This document shows, in pieces, positions 33,245 to 45,989 of a DNA stretch of 64,000 nt. Source of the stretch: Sminthopsis crassicaudata (taxonomy: Eukaryota); assembly GCF_048593235.1 (NCBI RefSeq), contig NC_133619.1, positions 655,419,744 to 655,483,743 on the forward strand, written 5' to 3'. A program made the translations under genes and the position numbers. Within the stretch, counting starts at the first letter, position 1; each line of letters starts with the position of its first letter. The notes under the pieces are model-generated. The model saw nothing but the letters and a program-made list of their open reading frames with translations. It searched no databases and was not told the DNA's origin.

Positions 33245-35349
33245 ATGCTCACTCCCGCAGCCCCTCTAGGCCCTCAGGCGGCCATGCCCTTGGCCGAGAA
33301 GGCCCCAGGCCCCAGTGCCTCCGGGCAGGACCGCCCCTCCCGGGGGCCCCACAGGGAAGGCGTCGGAGCTGAGAACCAGCCCCCGATGGGCTGTGCTCCT
33401 GTCGCCCCGCAGGGCGCGGATCCCGGCCCTTCTCCTGTCTGGGCCCATCCCTCCTCCCCGAAGCAGCCCTCGGCGGCGGGGCACCAGCAGCCTCCCCTGG
33501 AGAACTGCGGCGCCGCTTGCTCCGGAACGCTCCAGGTCGTCCTCTGCAACCATTCCCTGTGGCTCACGTTCCATCGGCAGCAGAACGAAATGCGCCTCAG
33601 CAGGCCGGGCCGGGCCATGTTCCCCTTCCTGGCTTACCACATGCGGGGCATGGACCCCCGGGCCCGCTACCGCGTCTCTGTGGACATGGTGCGCGTCGAC
33701 CAGCATCACTGGCGCTATGAGGAGGCCGGGTGGGCTCCGTATGGACCCGAACAGAGCCACGTTCCCGGGAACCAGGTGTATGCGCACCCAGACTCCCCCA
33801 ACACGGGCGCGCACTGGATGGGGCGCGAGATCGCCTTTAAAATGCTCAAGCTCAGCAACGAGGAGCCCGCTGGCGGGAGCGCGCCGCGCGCCCTCCGGCT
33901 CCGGTCTCAGCACCGGTACCGGCCCCGGCTCCACGTGGAAGAAGTCGCCTGGGAGACCAGGAAGCGCCGGGCGCCCCCTCCCGGAGCCACGTCTTCAGCT
34001 TCCCCGAGACCGAGTTCATTGCCGTGACTGCTTATCGCAACCGGGAGCTCATCCGCCTCAAAATCGAGCACAATCCCTATGCCAGGGCCTTCCGCACAGA
34101 CGCGCCCTCGGCAGGAGCCTTGAGCGCCGGGCAGCCGCCGGGACCAGCCGCCGCCGCCCCCTCCTCAGAGGCGGCTCCGGACCCCGCCGGCCAACGGCCA
34201 GTGCCCCAAGAGCGCCGTGCCCGGGACCGGGAAATCTGGCCTCGCGGCACCCTGACGGACTCGGAAGCTGCAGCCCCGGGGGAAAGGGCCCCCAAGAAGA
34301 GGCGTCTGTCTCCTGGGCCTTCAGGCAGCCCCGCCATGTCCTCAGCGAGGCCCCAGCGAGCAGCCCAGGCCCAGCGGCTGCCAGCTCCAGAAGCCAGCGC
34401 CAAAGCCTCCCCAGCAGCAGCTGCTGAGCGCCCTGGCGGCCTGCTGGGAACAGAAGAGGCCGCTGTGCAGGGGGGGAACAGCGCGATCCCCGCGGCCTGC
34501 TGGGCCATGCAGCAGCCCCAGCAGCCCCTGCACTGGGGCTTGGACTGCACTCCCAGCAGCCTGCAGACCTCCACTGCTCCACTTGCCGCGTCTTATGGCT
34601 TCGGTCTAGAGGGTCTGCTCGACCTCCTGCAGGAGCCCACATTGCCGGCAGAACCCTCCCAGGACAGCGGTGGGGACAGCCGCCCATCTCTACCTCTGCA
34701 CCCTGTCCCTGGAGCCCACGGAGAGCCAAGTGTTGAAGAGCAAATCTGGCTCCTTCTGAGGCAAATAGAGCTGGAAGAGGCAGCCCTGGCTGAGGGAGCT
34801 CCCAAGAGGAGACGTTTATCTCCTGCTCCTTCAGCCAGCCAGGCAACGGGTTCAGGGAGGTCCGATGGAGAAGCCCAGGACCCGCTTCTTACAGCTGCAG
34901 CGGGCAGCCCCTCCACCTTCTCAGAAGCAGCTTTTGAGGGCCCTGGCCACCTGCTGGGTGTGCAAGAGGCTCCTATCCTGGAAAACAGGAGCGGGATCCC
35001 TGTCCTCTGGAGTGCCCCCCAGCAGCCCCAGCCATCCTTGCATTCTTTCTTTTACTCCCCTCCCAGCAGCAGCCACAGCAGGAGTCTGCCAAGCTTGGAA
35101 GATGTGGCCATGGGGCCCCCCACTTCTCCACTTGCCATGCCTCATGAGCCCAGTCCTGAGGAGGCTCTCTTCTCCCTACTGGAGGCACCCGGCTGCCTCT
35201 CAGAAAACTCCCAGGGGACCAGGAGCGACTGTCTCCCCTCTGGGCCCTCCCAGCCAATGCGTCCTGCCCCTGGAGCCCAAGAAGCCGGGATAGTGTCCCT
35301 CCATTCCAATGCTTTCTCAAATGCTGTTAATTTTTTATTGTTTGAATAA
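33245..35349 (+). CDS. TBX21-like: Intronless T-box transcription factor, TBX21/EOMES (Tbr1) subfamily-derived; ~701 aa if a 1-bp deletion at 33951-33953 is restored
   Basis: [12 protein letters not shown]...NEM....GRAMFPFL...VDQHHWRY...[27 protein letters not shown] (ORF 33185..34027), then [19 protein letters not shown]...[13 protein letters not shown] in the frame of ORF 34024..35349. DQHHWRY matches recalled TBX21 rather than EOMES/TBR1. Confidence 0.85.
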
Positions 35350-35657
35350 GCACATAAGCACCTAAATACACATACATACATATATAAACATAAATCTAAT
35401 TTTTGAAGAGACAAAAAAACCTACACATTATAATTACTTCCTTCTGCAATTTTAGTCAAGGTCGTGTATGCCTTTAACTCGTTCAGTTATAAAATATCAA
35501 ACTTCTCAGGGCAAAAGAAACCCAACTGAAGTCTCTTCCCACGCTTATATCAGTTGCATTTCAGAAGATAACTGCGGATTTTATATATCTGTTTTGTAGG
35601 CTGGTTGTAAGAGATCTTGGGAGTTTTAACATTTTCTTTTTCTTTTGGTGAGTGTGA

Positions 35658-35770
35658 AGTTACTTGCCCAGGGTCACAGTTAGAAGTATTAAGTATCTGA
35701 GTCAAATTTGAACTCAAGTCCTCCTGAATTCAGGGCTGGTGCTCTATCCACTGTGCCACCTAGCTGCCCC
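35658..35770 (-). mobile_element. Marsupial tRNA-derived SINE (WSINE1/SINE1-like); further copies at ~41480-41550, 45036-45175, 49375-49500, 50660-50790, 54085-54222, 55465-55600, 56333-56462
   Basis: gggcagctaggtggc.cagtggatagagcacc...gagttcaaat...ctagctgtgtgaccctgggcaagtcacttaacc consensus on either strand. Confidence 0.9.
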
Positions 35771-36265
35771 AGATTTACAATTTCTTAAAATATAACTAAA
35801 TTCTTTTTTTGGGTCATGGATTTTAGGAAATCCACTTCTCCTTGATATGTTTTCTTGGTTGGTTGATGTACAATTTTTCCTAGTTTTCAATGTTTGACCT
35901 TGTAATATTTTTTCATTTTCTCAAAAGATCATTGATTTTAATTGGGTATATTCTAATTTTCAGGATATTTTTTTCATTCAGATAAGATTGTATACTTCAT
36001 GTGCCATGTTGTTCATTCACTCCAGAATTCATCCTTCCTTTGCTCTCATTAAATGTCAGTATTTAACATTCATGAGGTTAATTTTTGTGGCTTCTAGCCA
36101 CAGCTAGGGCAAGGTAAGATAATTCTAAGATAATCAACTTAATTCATGTTATTTGGCAATTTTCTCTCATGTTTCAAAAACTAACATTATTCATACAATT
36201 ATTTTTATTCTGATTTTCCTAATTTTGGAATTTAGGGAAATATTTTATTAGAAATGCTATTCTAC

Positions 36266-36780
36266 CACTACATAGAATTCCCAATCCCTCTATTTTTGTC
36301 CACCTGCATTTTGGATTTCTTTCACAGGTTAATTGTATACTATTTCAAAGTCTGATTCTTTTTGTAGCAAAACAACTGTCTGGATATGTATACATATATT
36401 ATATTTAATTTATACTTTAACATATTTAAGATACACCCAGTGAAAGAATTCTGGGAGATGAGTATGACCACTATATAGAATTCCCAATCCCTCTATTTTT
36501 TGTCCACTTGCATTTTTGATTTCCTTCACAGGCTAATTGTATACTATTCCAAAGTCCGATTCTTTTTGTACAGTAAAATAACTGTTTGGACATGTATACA
36601 TATATTGCATTTAATTTATACTTTAACATATTTAACATGTATTGGCCAACCTTCCATCTTTGGGGGGGGGGGAGAGGAGGGAAAAAAATTAGAACAAAAG
36701 GTTTGGCAATTGTCAATGCTGTAAAATTACCCATGCATATATCTGGTAAATAAAAACTATAAAAAAAAAAAAATTTTAAT
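36266..36780 (+). mobile_element. L1 3' end with a ~165-bp internal tandem duplication and poly(A)
   Basis: 36266-36428 repeats at 36468-36636; ends aaattacccatgcatatatctggtaaataaaaactat(a)n. Confidence 0.85.
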
Positions 36781-38005
36781 GAAAAATAATTTTTTTTTTA
36801 AATCAAATACTAAATTCTTATCCCCAAGTCTTTACTTTTCACATTTACAAATACAAGATTGGAATTTATATGTTATCTCCCTCATATGGGACATCTATCT
36901 CAATGTGTCACAGGAACCCATTCCACTTAACAGTAACTATATGTTACAAAGCTCGCTGATGTGGCAAAGTGGTTTGTGCAAGACTAAGCGAGGATACAAT
37001 GGGGTGAGTTTTTCTGGAACTGTAGCCAACTATGGCACTCTTCTGGGGGGTCAGCTTCCTGAAAAGACCTCATTTTCCCTCAAACCCATAAACACAATTT
37101 AGCAAGATAAAGTCAAAATGGAGACCTATGACACATTTACAGATATTTTAAAAGAAAATTATAACATGTAACATATTACTTATCACACAGATGGAAAGCC
37201 AAAGAATTTAGGAATAAACAACAGAATGTAGAAGAAAATTAAGTAATAAAAACAATTTAAAGTCAGATTTAAAAAAAAAAATCTCGTCATCATTAATGAT
37301 TGAGAAAGGAGATTAAAACAATTGCTTTCCCCCATTACAAAGACCCTTCTTTGGATACCAATCATGGACTTTCAGAGAAAAACTGTATTTCCTGACCTTA
37401 ATACACAATATAAAATTGCAATGTCTAATGAGATCTATGCTGTAAGAAGAGGTCTTCCCTCATTTATTAGATTCATATATTTCATCTGCAGCAAGATTTC
37501 TACACAGAGGATGAGATCCAACTGAAAGCTTTTGTGCAAATACATTTTGTATAATGTTTCTTCGAAGTGTGAATATTGTAATTTATAGTGACCCTTATCT
37601 TCCAGGTAAGGGCAATTCTTCCTTACACCTTTTTAAGTCTTCTGTGCACTCCATATCCTCAGATGTAAACTCAGAGATGAACTTGGGCTAAAGACCTTCC
37701 TGTGCCAAGTCCATAAGACACTTCCTTCACAAGCAGAAAATCCCTGCTGACTAACAAGCTCTGTCTTCCATTTTTATGTCTTTATCCATGATTTCAATCT
37801 TCTAGGAATTTTCTGGAGGCAAATCAGGAATGAAGTGAGCCAGAATGTTTTTCCACATGGATTATATGATAGAGATTTTACATGTCTAGTCAGGGACTAA
37901 TATCTATTAAAAACTTTATCATGATCCAGACACTTAAAAGTTTTTCTCTAATGTGCACTCTCTGTTGTTAAGCAAGATTTGAACTTTTGTCTAAAATTTC
38001 CCATA

Positions 38006-39909
38006 TTAATGAGGTTTCTGTCCAATGTGGATTTTCTCATGTTTACCAAGACTTTGGCGCCGTGTGAAAGTCTTTCCACAGTCACTACATTTGTAAAGCT
38101 TCTCCCCAATGTGGATTTTATCATGTGCTATGAGACAATTTTTGTATTTGAAAGTCTTTCCACAACACTTACACTCATAAGTCTTCTCTGCAGTGCGGAT
38201 TGTCTGATGGTAAGTAAGACTGCTGCGACTTGTGAAAGTCTTTCCACATTCATTACATTCATAAGGCTTCTCTCCAGTGTGGATTCTCTTATGGATAGCA
38301 ACATGGGAGCGTTGGGTAAAAGCCTTTCCACACTCATTACACTCATAAGGCTTCTCTCCAGTGTGGATTCTCTGATGTGCATCAAGGGTGGAGCGCTTTG
38401 TGAAAGCCTTTCCACATTCATTACAGTCATAAGGCTTCTCTCCAGTGTGGATTCTCTGATGTGCATCAAGGGAGGAGCGCTTTGTGAAAGCCTTTCCACA
38501 GTCATTACACTCATAAGGCTTCTCTCCAGTGTGGATTCTCTGATGTGCATCAAGGGAGGAGCGCTTTGTGAAAGCCTTTCCACATTCATTACAGTCATAA
38601 GGCTTCTCTCCAGTGTGCATTCTCTGATGGACAACAAGACAGGAGGGATATATGAAAGCCTTTCCACATTCATTACATTCATTAGGCTTTTCTCCAATGT
38701 GGATTCTCTGATGTGCATCAAAGTAGGAATGGTTTGTGAAAGCCTTTCCACAGTAATTACATTCATAAGGCTTCTCTCCAGTGTGGGTTCTCTTATGGAT
38801 AGCAACATGTGAGCGTTGTGTAAAAGTCTTTCCACAGTCATTACATGCATAAGGCTTCTCTCCAGTGTGGATTCTCTGATGGATATCAAGCTTGAAACGT
38901 TGTGTAAAAGCCTTTCCACAGTCATGACATTCAAAAGGCTTCACTCCAGTGTGGATTCTCTGATGTTCACAAAGATTGTAACTCCGTATGAAAGCCTTTC
39001 CACATACATTACATTTATAAGGTTTCTCTCCAGTGTGCCTTCTCTGATGGTTCGTAAGATTGGAATGAGATGTGAAAGTCTTTTCACATTTGTCACATTC
39101 ATAAGGCTTCTCTCCAGTATGGGTTCTCTTATGTGCTTTAAGATAGGATTGCTTTGTGAAAGCCTTTCCACATTCATTACATTCATAAGGCTTCTCTCCA
39201 GTATGGGTTCTCTTATGTGCTTTAAGATAGGATTGCTTTGTGAAAGCCTTTCCACATTCATTACATTCATAAGGCTTCTCTCCAGCGTGGATTCTCTGAT
39301 GTTCATGAAGAGTGTATCTCCGTGTGAAAGTCTTTCCACAGTCATTACATTCAAAAGGCTTCTCTCCAGTGTGGACTCTCTGATGGACAGCAAGACTGGA
39401 GTGACATGTAAAAGTCTTTCCACATTCATTACATAAATAAGGCTTCTCTCCAGTGTGCATTCTCTGATGTTGAGCCAAGTTGGAATAACATTGGAAATCC
39501 TTTCCACATTGATTACATTTGTAACATTGTTTTGCTGTGTGAATCCTCTCATGTTTAACAGGAGAAGATCTCTCTCTCAAAGTCTTTCCATGTTTCTTAC
39601 ATTCATAAGATTTCTCTCCAGCATGGATTCTTTGATGCTTGACAAGGGAAGAGAGTGCAGTAAAAGCTTTATCACATTCATGACACTCAGGGGTCTTCTC
39701 TTCAGGATGTATATTCTTATCTTTAGCAACATGGGAACTATTTCTTAAAGCTTTTTTGTGTATATTCCATTCACAAAGTTCCTCTCCAATGTGGTTTCTT
39801 TTGTGCTTAGCAAAAACAGCCCTGTATTCACTATATTGAAAAAGGTCTTTCCACGAGATAATTTTCAGATTTGCACTTATCTCCTTCATATCAAACTGTG
39901 TCTCTGAAT
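38006..39909 (-). CDS. KRAB zinc-finger gene, last coding exon (20 C2H2 fingers, 2 degenerate)
   Basis: Acceptor tttgtttctttcag|ATTCAGAG at 39909; open frame with repeated TGEKPY-C..C...H...H units to the stop at 38006. Confidence 0.97.
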
Positions 39910-42525
39910 CTGAAAGAAACAAACACACATGGATAAATATACCTTCTAATAATGGCTGATAATAAATCATTGACTTTTAATTTCTCCAGGCAAAAAGTTT
40001 TCAAACTGAAATGGACAGATTCATTTTTAAATACTATTAGGTCACACCAATAAAGTGATTCAATTAACAGAGTTCCACACACAATACAATGACATTGGAC
40101 CCCCACAACAAAGCTGAGACAAAGGCAAGTTGAAGGTTCTCATAATTTAGAAACCAGGCTATAAGCTCTGAATGTCTGAGCAACCTGATCCAAATCCCTG
40201 CAGCAGAGATTTAAACTGGAACCTGGTAAAGTAAGCTTCTCAGTCTATTATACTACAAAGTTGTTCTCCATTTTTCTTCCAATGCTGTCTTTGAAATTCA
40301 ATCTCAGGCAGCACCTAGCTGTGCACCCCTGGGAATATGCTTCTTTGTCTCAGTTTTGCTGTAGAGTGAAGCTAATAATTGTACCCACTTACCCAAGTTG
40401 TTGTGAGCATCAAAAGAGGTAATACCTATAAAACTCTTGGCCCACAGTAGGTACAATTAACTATTATCTTTGTTACTATGATTTTGATTCTCTCCATCTC
40501 AACTTTTCCTTCATAAACTTCCCTTCCCCTCTCTCTTTATATGCATGTCTGTTGAACATGATGTATTTCCATAACCCCCCCAAAAAAACCAACCAACTAA
40601 ACAAACAAACAAAAACACTTTCCTTTACCTGGATTAGCTAAGAATAAGTTTCATAAGCTGTTTTTTATTCTCAAACCATCTCCAAGTTTTTATGCTGGAT
40701 TTAAAACTTCTTGACAGCATCTCTTTGCATACCCAGGACTTTATGCAATGAACAGAACAGGTGCTTAATCGGTTTATTGAGTGATTAGTTCACATTACCC
40801 AGGGCTGGTCACATCACCTAAACCTATCTCAGTGCTTGCATGCTGGGCCCTCTGAAGTGCCAAATGTATGTTTCCATTTCTTTCTCTTTCCTTCTCCCTC
40901 TCACCTATGGATAAATCCTATAGTGAAGATAACAAGGGCCTAGGGCTCCTGGTGCTGTTATGAAATAACCAGGAGTCTTTCCCTCCATATCCCTAACCTA
41001 AGGGAAGCTGTCAGTTATGGAGTGAGTGACTTGGATTTAAGTGAGGGAGAGCTGCCCAAAGTCACCGGCCTCACTTTCCCACACACTGTATCCTTTGGCC
41101 AAGTACAGATCAGGATTGCTGCAGATAGCTCTGGATGCAAATGGCCAGGGGAGTCCTGGGCCTGGTTAAGGTAAGTTTCTTGTGACTGAGGCTGCACTCA
41201 TCCAGTGACAAAGAGCAATGAAGGCAAAGAATCTCCTCTCTCACCTGGGCTAAAAAAATCTCAATAAATAAAAGGGAATGAATGACTCTGGGAAGAAGCT
41301 CAGGGTTTCTGGCCAAGGCAGAAATGTTTGTGATTTACACTCAATCTAAGTCAATGAGGACCCAAACAAAGAACAATTGGGGTTTAGCAAGGGACCTATG
41401 GGTGGTCAATGAGATTCAGACTGATTTTGGTTTATAATAGAACTGATAAGGTTTGTTCCTTAAGAAAGGAATCAGAGCAGGTAGGTGGCACAGTAGATAG
41501 AATACCAGACCTGAAGTCAAGAGGAACCTAGTTCAAATCTGTCCTTGGACNNNNNNNNNNNNNNNNNNNNNNNNNNNNNNNNNNNNNNNNNNNNNNNNNN
41601 NNNNNNNNNNNNNNNNNNNNNNNNNNNNNNNNNNNNNNNNNNNNNNNNNNNNNNNNNNNNNNNNNNNNNNNNNNNNNNNNNNNNNNCAGTGGTGAGGAAA
41701 GGGGGAGAGAAATGCTTTTAAAAGCATCTGTAGGTAAGAGAATATGATATCAAAGGTGGACAGAAGGAAGCAAGGAAAGAAGGAAATAGGCAAGTAAGGA
41801 AGAAGAGAAAGGAGAGTGAAGTGAGGAAGGGAGAGAAGGAGGCAAGAACAGTCATCCAAGTGATTGATTCCAGCTTGTGCCCAGCTTTACTCAGAGGATG
41901 TTATCTGTCCTATCTCTCTATGCTTATCTGTAGCCTGCAAAGGATGGGGGGTGGGGAGGAGAAGTGCACAACACAGAACAAAAGGAAAACTACAGGAAAG
42001 CAAAAAGTGAAGGATGGTTCTGAATACAATACCTTTCATTTATGGTTTATGTAAATTTATTGTTACAGATTTTGAATCCTCCCTTATGTTCTGCTGAACA
42101 TAAAATATTATTTTTAAATTATTCTTTTTCTCTCTTTTTCTAGTTTGTTTTTAGTTTTAAATAAATATAAAAAAAGTAAAAAAAAAAAATGCTTTTTGGC
42201 TTAAGGAAGGCCTAAGAAAAGTCATATTAGACAGCCTGAGCCCTCTTTATTTGGTTGTATATAGTTTGATGGCTCCAAATTTCCAACAAAGACTTCCACT
42301 GGGATCCTTGATTCTTCATTATTAGGGAACTGAAAGGCCTTGGAGTACAAGGCCCTCATTTTACACATGAAGATACTGAGGTTCAGAGATTCAGAGAGAT
42401 GCTAAGGATCTTACTACTACAAGAGTCTGAAAAGGGATTCCAAACCACTTTTCTTGTCCCCATGCCCATCACATGAAGAAGCCTCCTGGGATAGCAGCCT
42501 GCACTTCAGCTTGCAACTCACTCAC

Positions 42526-42594
42526 CAGGACAGGAGTTCCTCAGGCCTCCTCTTTCCACATGGGAGAAGAAATCTTCTCTGGGAACTGGAAGTC
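42526..42594 (-). CDS. KRAB-B exon (69 bp, shortened)
   Basis: cccttccccag|GACTTCC...TGTCCTG|gtgagt; encodes GLPVPREDFFSHVERGGLRNSCP; in frame with neighbouring exons. Confidence 0.85.
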
Positions 42595-43465
42595 CTGGGG
42601 AAGGGGAAGATAGTGGGTGTGAGCCTTGAAACTTGTCATTTATTCCTCATTGGAACAAGGCTGGGGTGTGAGGTCCACTGGGTGGTTCCAAGGACAACTC
42701 AAAGATGGTTTTCAGGGTGCTTATTGTTAAGGAAAGAGGGCAGAGGGGAAAGGAGGCCAAATGAGCAATCTGGAACCAGAAGATCCTGATTTTGCTGCTT
42801 CCTTCACAGCAAGATGGCCATATCCCACAGCCTCAATTTTCTGGATTTTAGAGGCAGCTGGTAATACAGAGAAAGGAGCACCAGGCCTGTAGTCAGGAAG
42901 CCCTGAGTTCAAATTTAAATTTAGACATGTCCTGGCTATGTGACTCTGGGCAAGTAATTTCATCTTTTTGCTTCAGCCTCCAGACCTGAAATTGGGGATA
43001 AAGATGGCACCCAAGACAAAGGGTTTTGGTGGGGATCAAGTGCAATAATGTGCATGAAGGAAGCTTTGAGCATAAGGCCTGGATCCCAGCAAATGTATGG
43101 AAAGACCTCCTCCCTTCCCTTTTTCTTCTGTATCTGTACAGGACTTTGGGGGATGTATGAAGGAAGAAAAAGGGCCCACTTGCTAAACTGGGGGTTTATA
43201 AATTACACCAGGGGCAGTGAAGTAAAATTTTATTTTTTTTACCCAAAAGAACATTGCAAAGACAAAGTTTCCCAAGAAGAAGGGAGTTCCTTTCATTGCT
43301 CCTGTTCAGTGAAAAAGGCCAGGACCAGTTTTCAGAAGGTTTCCAGACAAAACTTCCGGGTTACACTCGTACAATGCAAAGACCACTCATAGAAGAATCA
43401 GGCAGCAGGAGGACTCTGTCTCTTAGGGACAGAAGGCAGCCTTTGGGCCTTTCTAAAAACTGTTA

Positions 43466-43678
<213 letters not shown>

Positions 43679-45422
43679 CTAAAATGCCAAGACCCAGAGG
43701 ACATAATAGTTGAAGCATGATTCATAACTGACCTAATCTAATGCTCCTCAATTTTCAGAAGGGACCTGAAGTACGGAGAAAGGGTCTGCTCAAAGGTGAC
43801 AGCCCCTACAGGATTCATAGCCAGCACTGAAACCAAAGTCCCCCAAAGACCAGTGGAATAGAGAGAAACACATTTTATATTTTCTAGTGGAATAAAATTG
43901 AGAAATCTCTTACTAGGAAATGATACTGCCTGTGCAATGAGGAAAGTTATGGATTCTATCAGAGAGAGAGATGGGGATTTTTGGAGGTGAAATCAGACAG
44001 TGCTATGTTAAGAAAATGGCATGAAGTGTTTGTGTGAAGCTAGTAAGTATTATGTGTTGTACAGCTAAAACATTTCCATGATCACTGAAGAGGAAAAAAG
44101 ATCCTGTGAATTTTGCGAAGGCCATAAATTAAGTCTAGTCCAGATGAAAACACTATCCTTCCCCCCAAATAATATTTTATTTTTGGAAATTTTTCCAAAT
44201 GCAAGTACAGATAGTTTTCAACATTCATTTTTGTAAGATTTTGTGTTCTAAATTTCAGAATCACACACTTCTTAATGGATCTGACCCAATGGTCATCAAT
44301 TTACAAAAGTGTGAAGTTCGAGCTAGCTCCCTGGCTGCCTCAGGATCAGTCAAAGTCAGGTAAGCAAAAGTCCTTGGTCTTTGGAGGGAGAAAAGAAAGA
44401 GATGGACAAATTGCCATAAGCTCTCTACCAACCTTGCTTCTCCTAGTCCTGCTGCAAAGTGAATTTGGCTTGTTTCACTCCACCCTCTAATCCTTCCTAA
44501 GATTATCTGCATATACCAAAAGATCCAGCCAGCAGGGAATAGTGAGAAGGGCCATTTTTCCAAACATATGCTAATAGAATCATTATCTAATAGGTAATTA
44601 ACCTTGAGTGCTCATTTGTCAGATTCAAGAACACCTTTTAGAGTTCCAGCCCTTTACACAAAAGCAAACTAAAGCAGAGAGAAGGGAATTTACCCAAAGG
44701 TCACATCTTGTATGAGAATACTTCCCTTTCTAAAGGCCTGTTGCTTTGACCCAAGCAATGGTAAAGGGGGAGAAAGGCAAAGTATGAGCTGAGTATGATG
44801 GAGTGATTCTAGAAGTACCTAATTGCAGTTTTGGGGTATGGAGGGGTCTCAGGAGATAAAGAAAAAATGGAATAAAAGAAAATCTACCAGGAAGCAAAGA
44901 AACGCTGGATAGTTCTGATCCATGGGTAGCATTTATTATGTAGGTTTGTTTTATTGAATCTGCTCATGTTCTGCTGGTTACTGAAATTTTTTTCTTCTCT
45001 TATTGGGTATTTAAGGTTAAAACAAATTTTAATGTGGGCTGCTAGATGGGGCAGTGGATAGAGCACTGGCCCTGAAGTCAGGAGAACCTGAATTCAAATC
45101 TGACCTCAGATACTTAATACTTCCTAGCTGTGTGACTCTGGGCAAAGTGACTGAACCCTAATTGCCTCGGGCAAAAAAAATTGTAATAATCACAAAAAAG
45201 GTAAAGACAAGAAATTCAGAGAGATTTGGGAAGATCTATGTGCCCTGAGGCAACAGGAGCTGAGCAGCAGCAGGGGGACAATTTCTGCTCTGCTACCAGC
45301 CGAGGAAAAGACAATAGCTGGGAAAGCTTCCAGGATTCTACTCCAGATAACAAGGTCAAGGGTTTCCAGGAAAGTCAGTGGCTACAAAAGGGAGCTTGGC
45401 CACAGGACACAGAGGCTAGAAG

Positions 45423-45464
<42 letters not shown>

Positions 45465-45802
45465 CTAGTGGGGAGATAGTACTGATATCTGCAGGATAGA
45501 CACTGATGTGTGAAGTGGTCACCCTTGTCGGGGACCTATATTGAGGGAAAATTTAAAGAAACATGTGGGGGCAGCAACTGGAGGAAGGGAGTTAGTGCTC
45601 AAGATGCCAAAGGGACAATGAATCAGTTTAAAATATAGTAGAGAGGAGGGCAGTGTTGCTATTACTGCATTTACTTTCCTGCCCATTTTTGTAAAGGATC
45701 CACAGATAAGAGAGATGGCTAGCCTGACAGACAATCCTCCAGATTTGTGGAAATGGTCTCTTGGGCGGATGTTGCCCACATTTGTGGGCAGAATACACTC
45801 AC

Positions 45803-45835
45803 CTGGGGTGGGGCTCTGTGGTTTTCAGAGGCCAT
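45803..45835 (-). CDS. First coding exon of the KRAB-ZNF gene (MASENHRAPPQ)
   Basis: ATG at 45835, phase-0 donor CAG|gtgagt at 45803. Exons total 33+127+69+1904 = 2133 nt = 711 codons. Confidence 0.75.
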
Positions 45836-45989
45836 TCCCTCTGGCTCCAGGCTCCCTGTTTGGGCCAGGCCCTGGTCCTCTTCAGGCTGCTGAGAGGGAA
45901 TGATTATAACTGAACAGATGTCATTTCCTTCTTTTCCTGGAGGTCTGAGGTCAGCTAGTCTACAGGAAATTACAGAAGGTGAGGTTCCA

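Noticed and set aside
33315-34427. 370-aa alternative-frame ORF over the T-box
   Set aside because: GC-rich shadow frame with no recognisable domain.
35296-35320. cctcca(t/c)tccaatgcttt shared with SMG5-like flanks (17947, 21803)
   Set aside because: Only ~19 bp; probably a common repeat fragment or chance.
37979-39748. Repetitive plus-strand and alternative-frame ORFs ([13 protein letters not shown]...)
   Set aside because: Antisense or frame shadows of the zinc-finger array.
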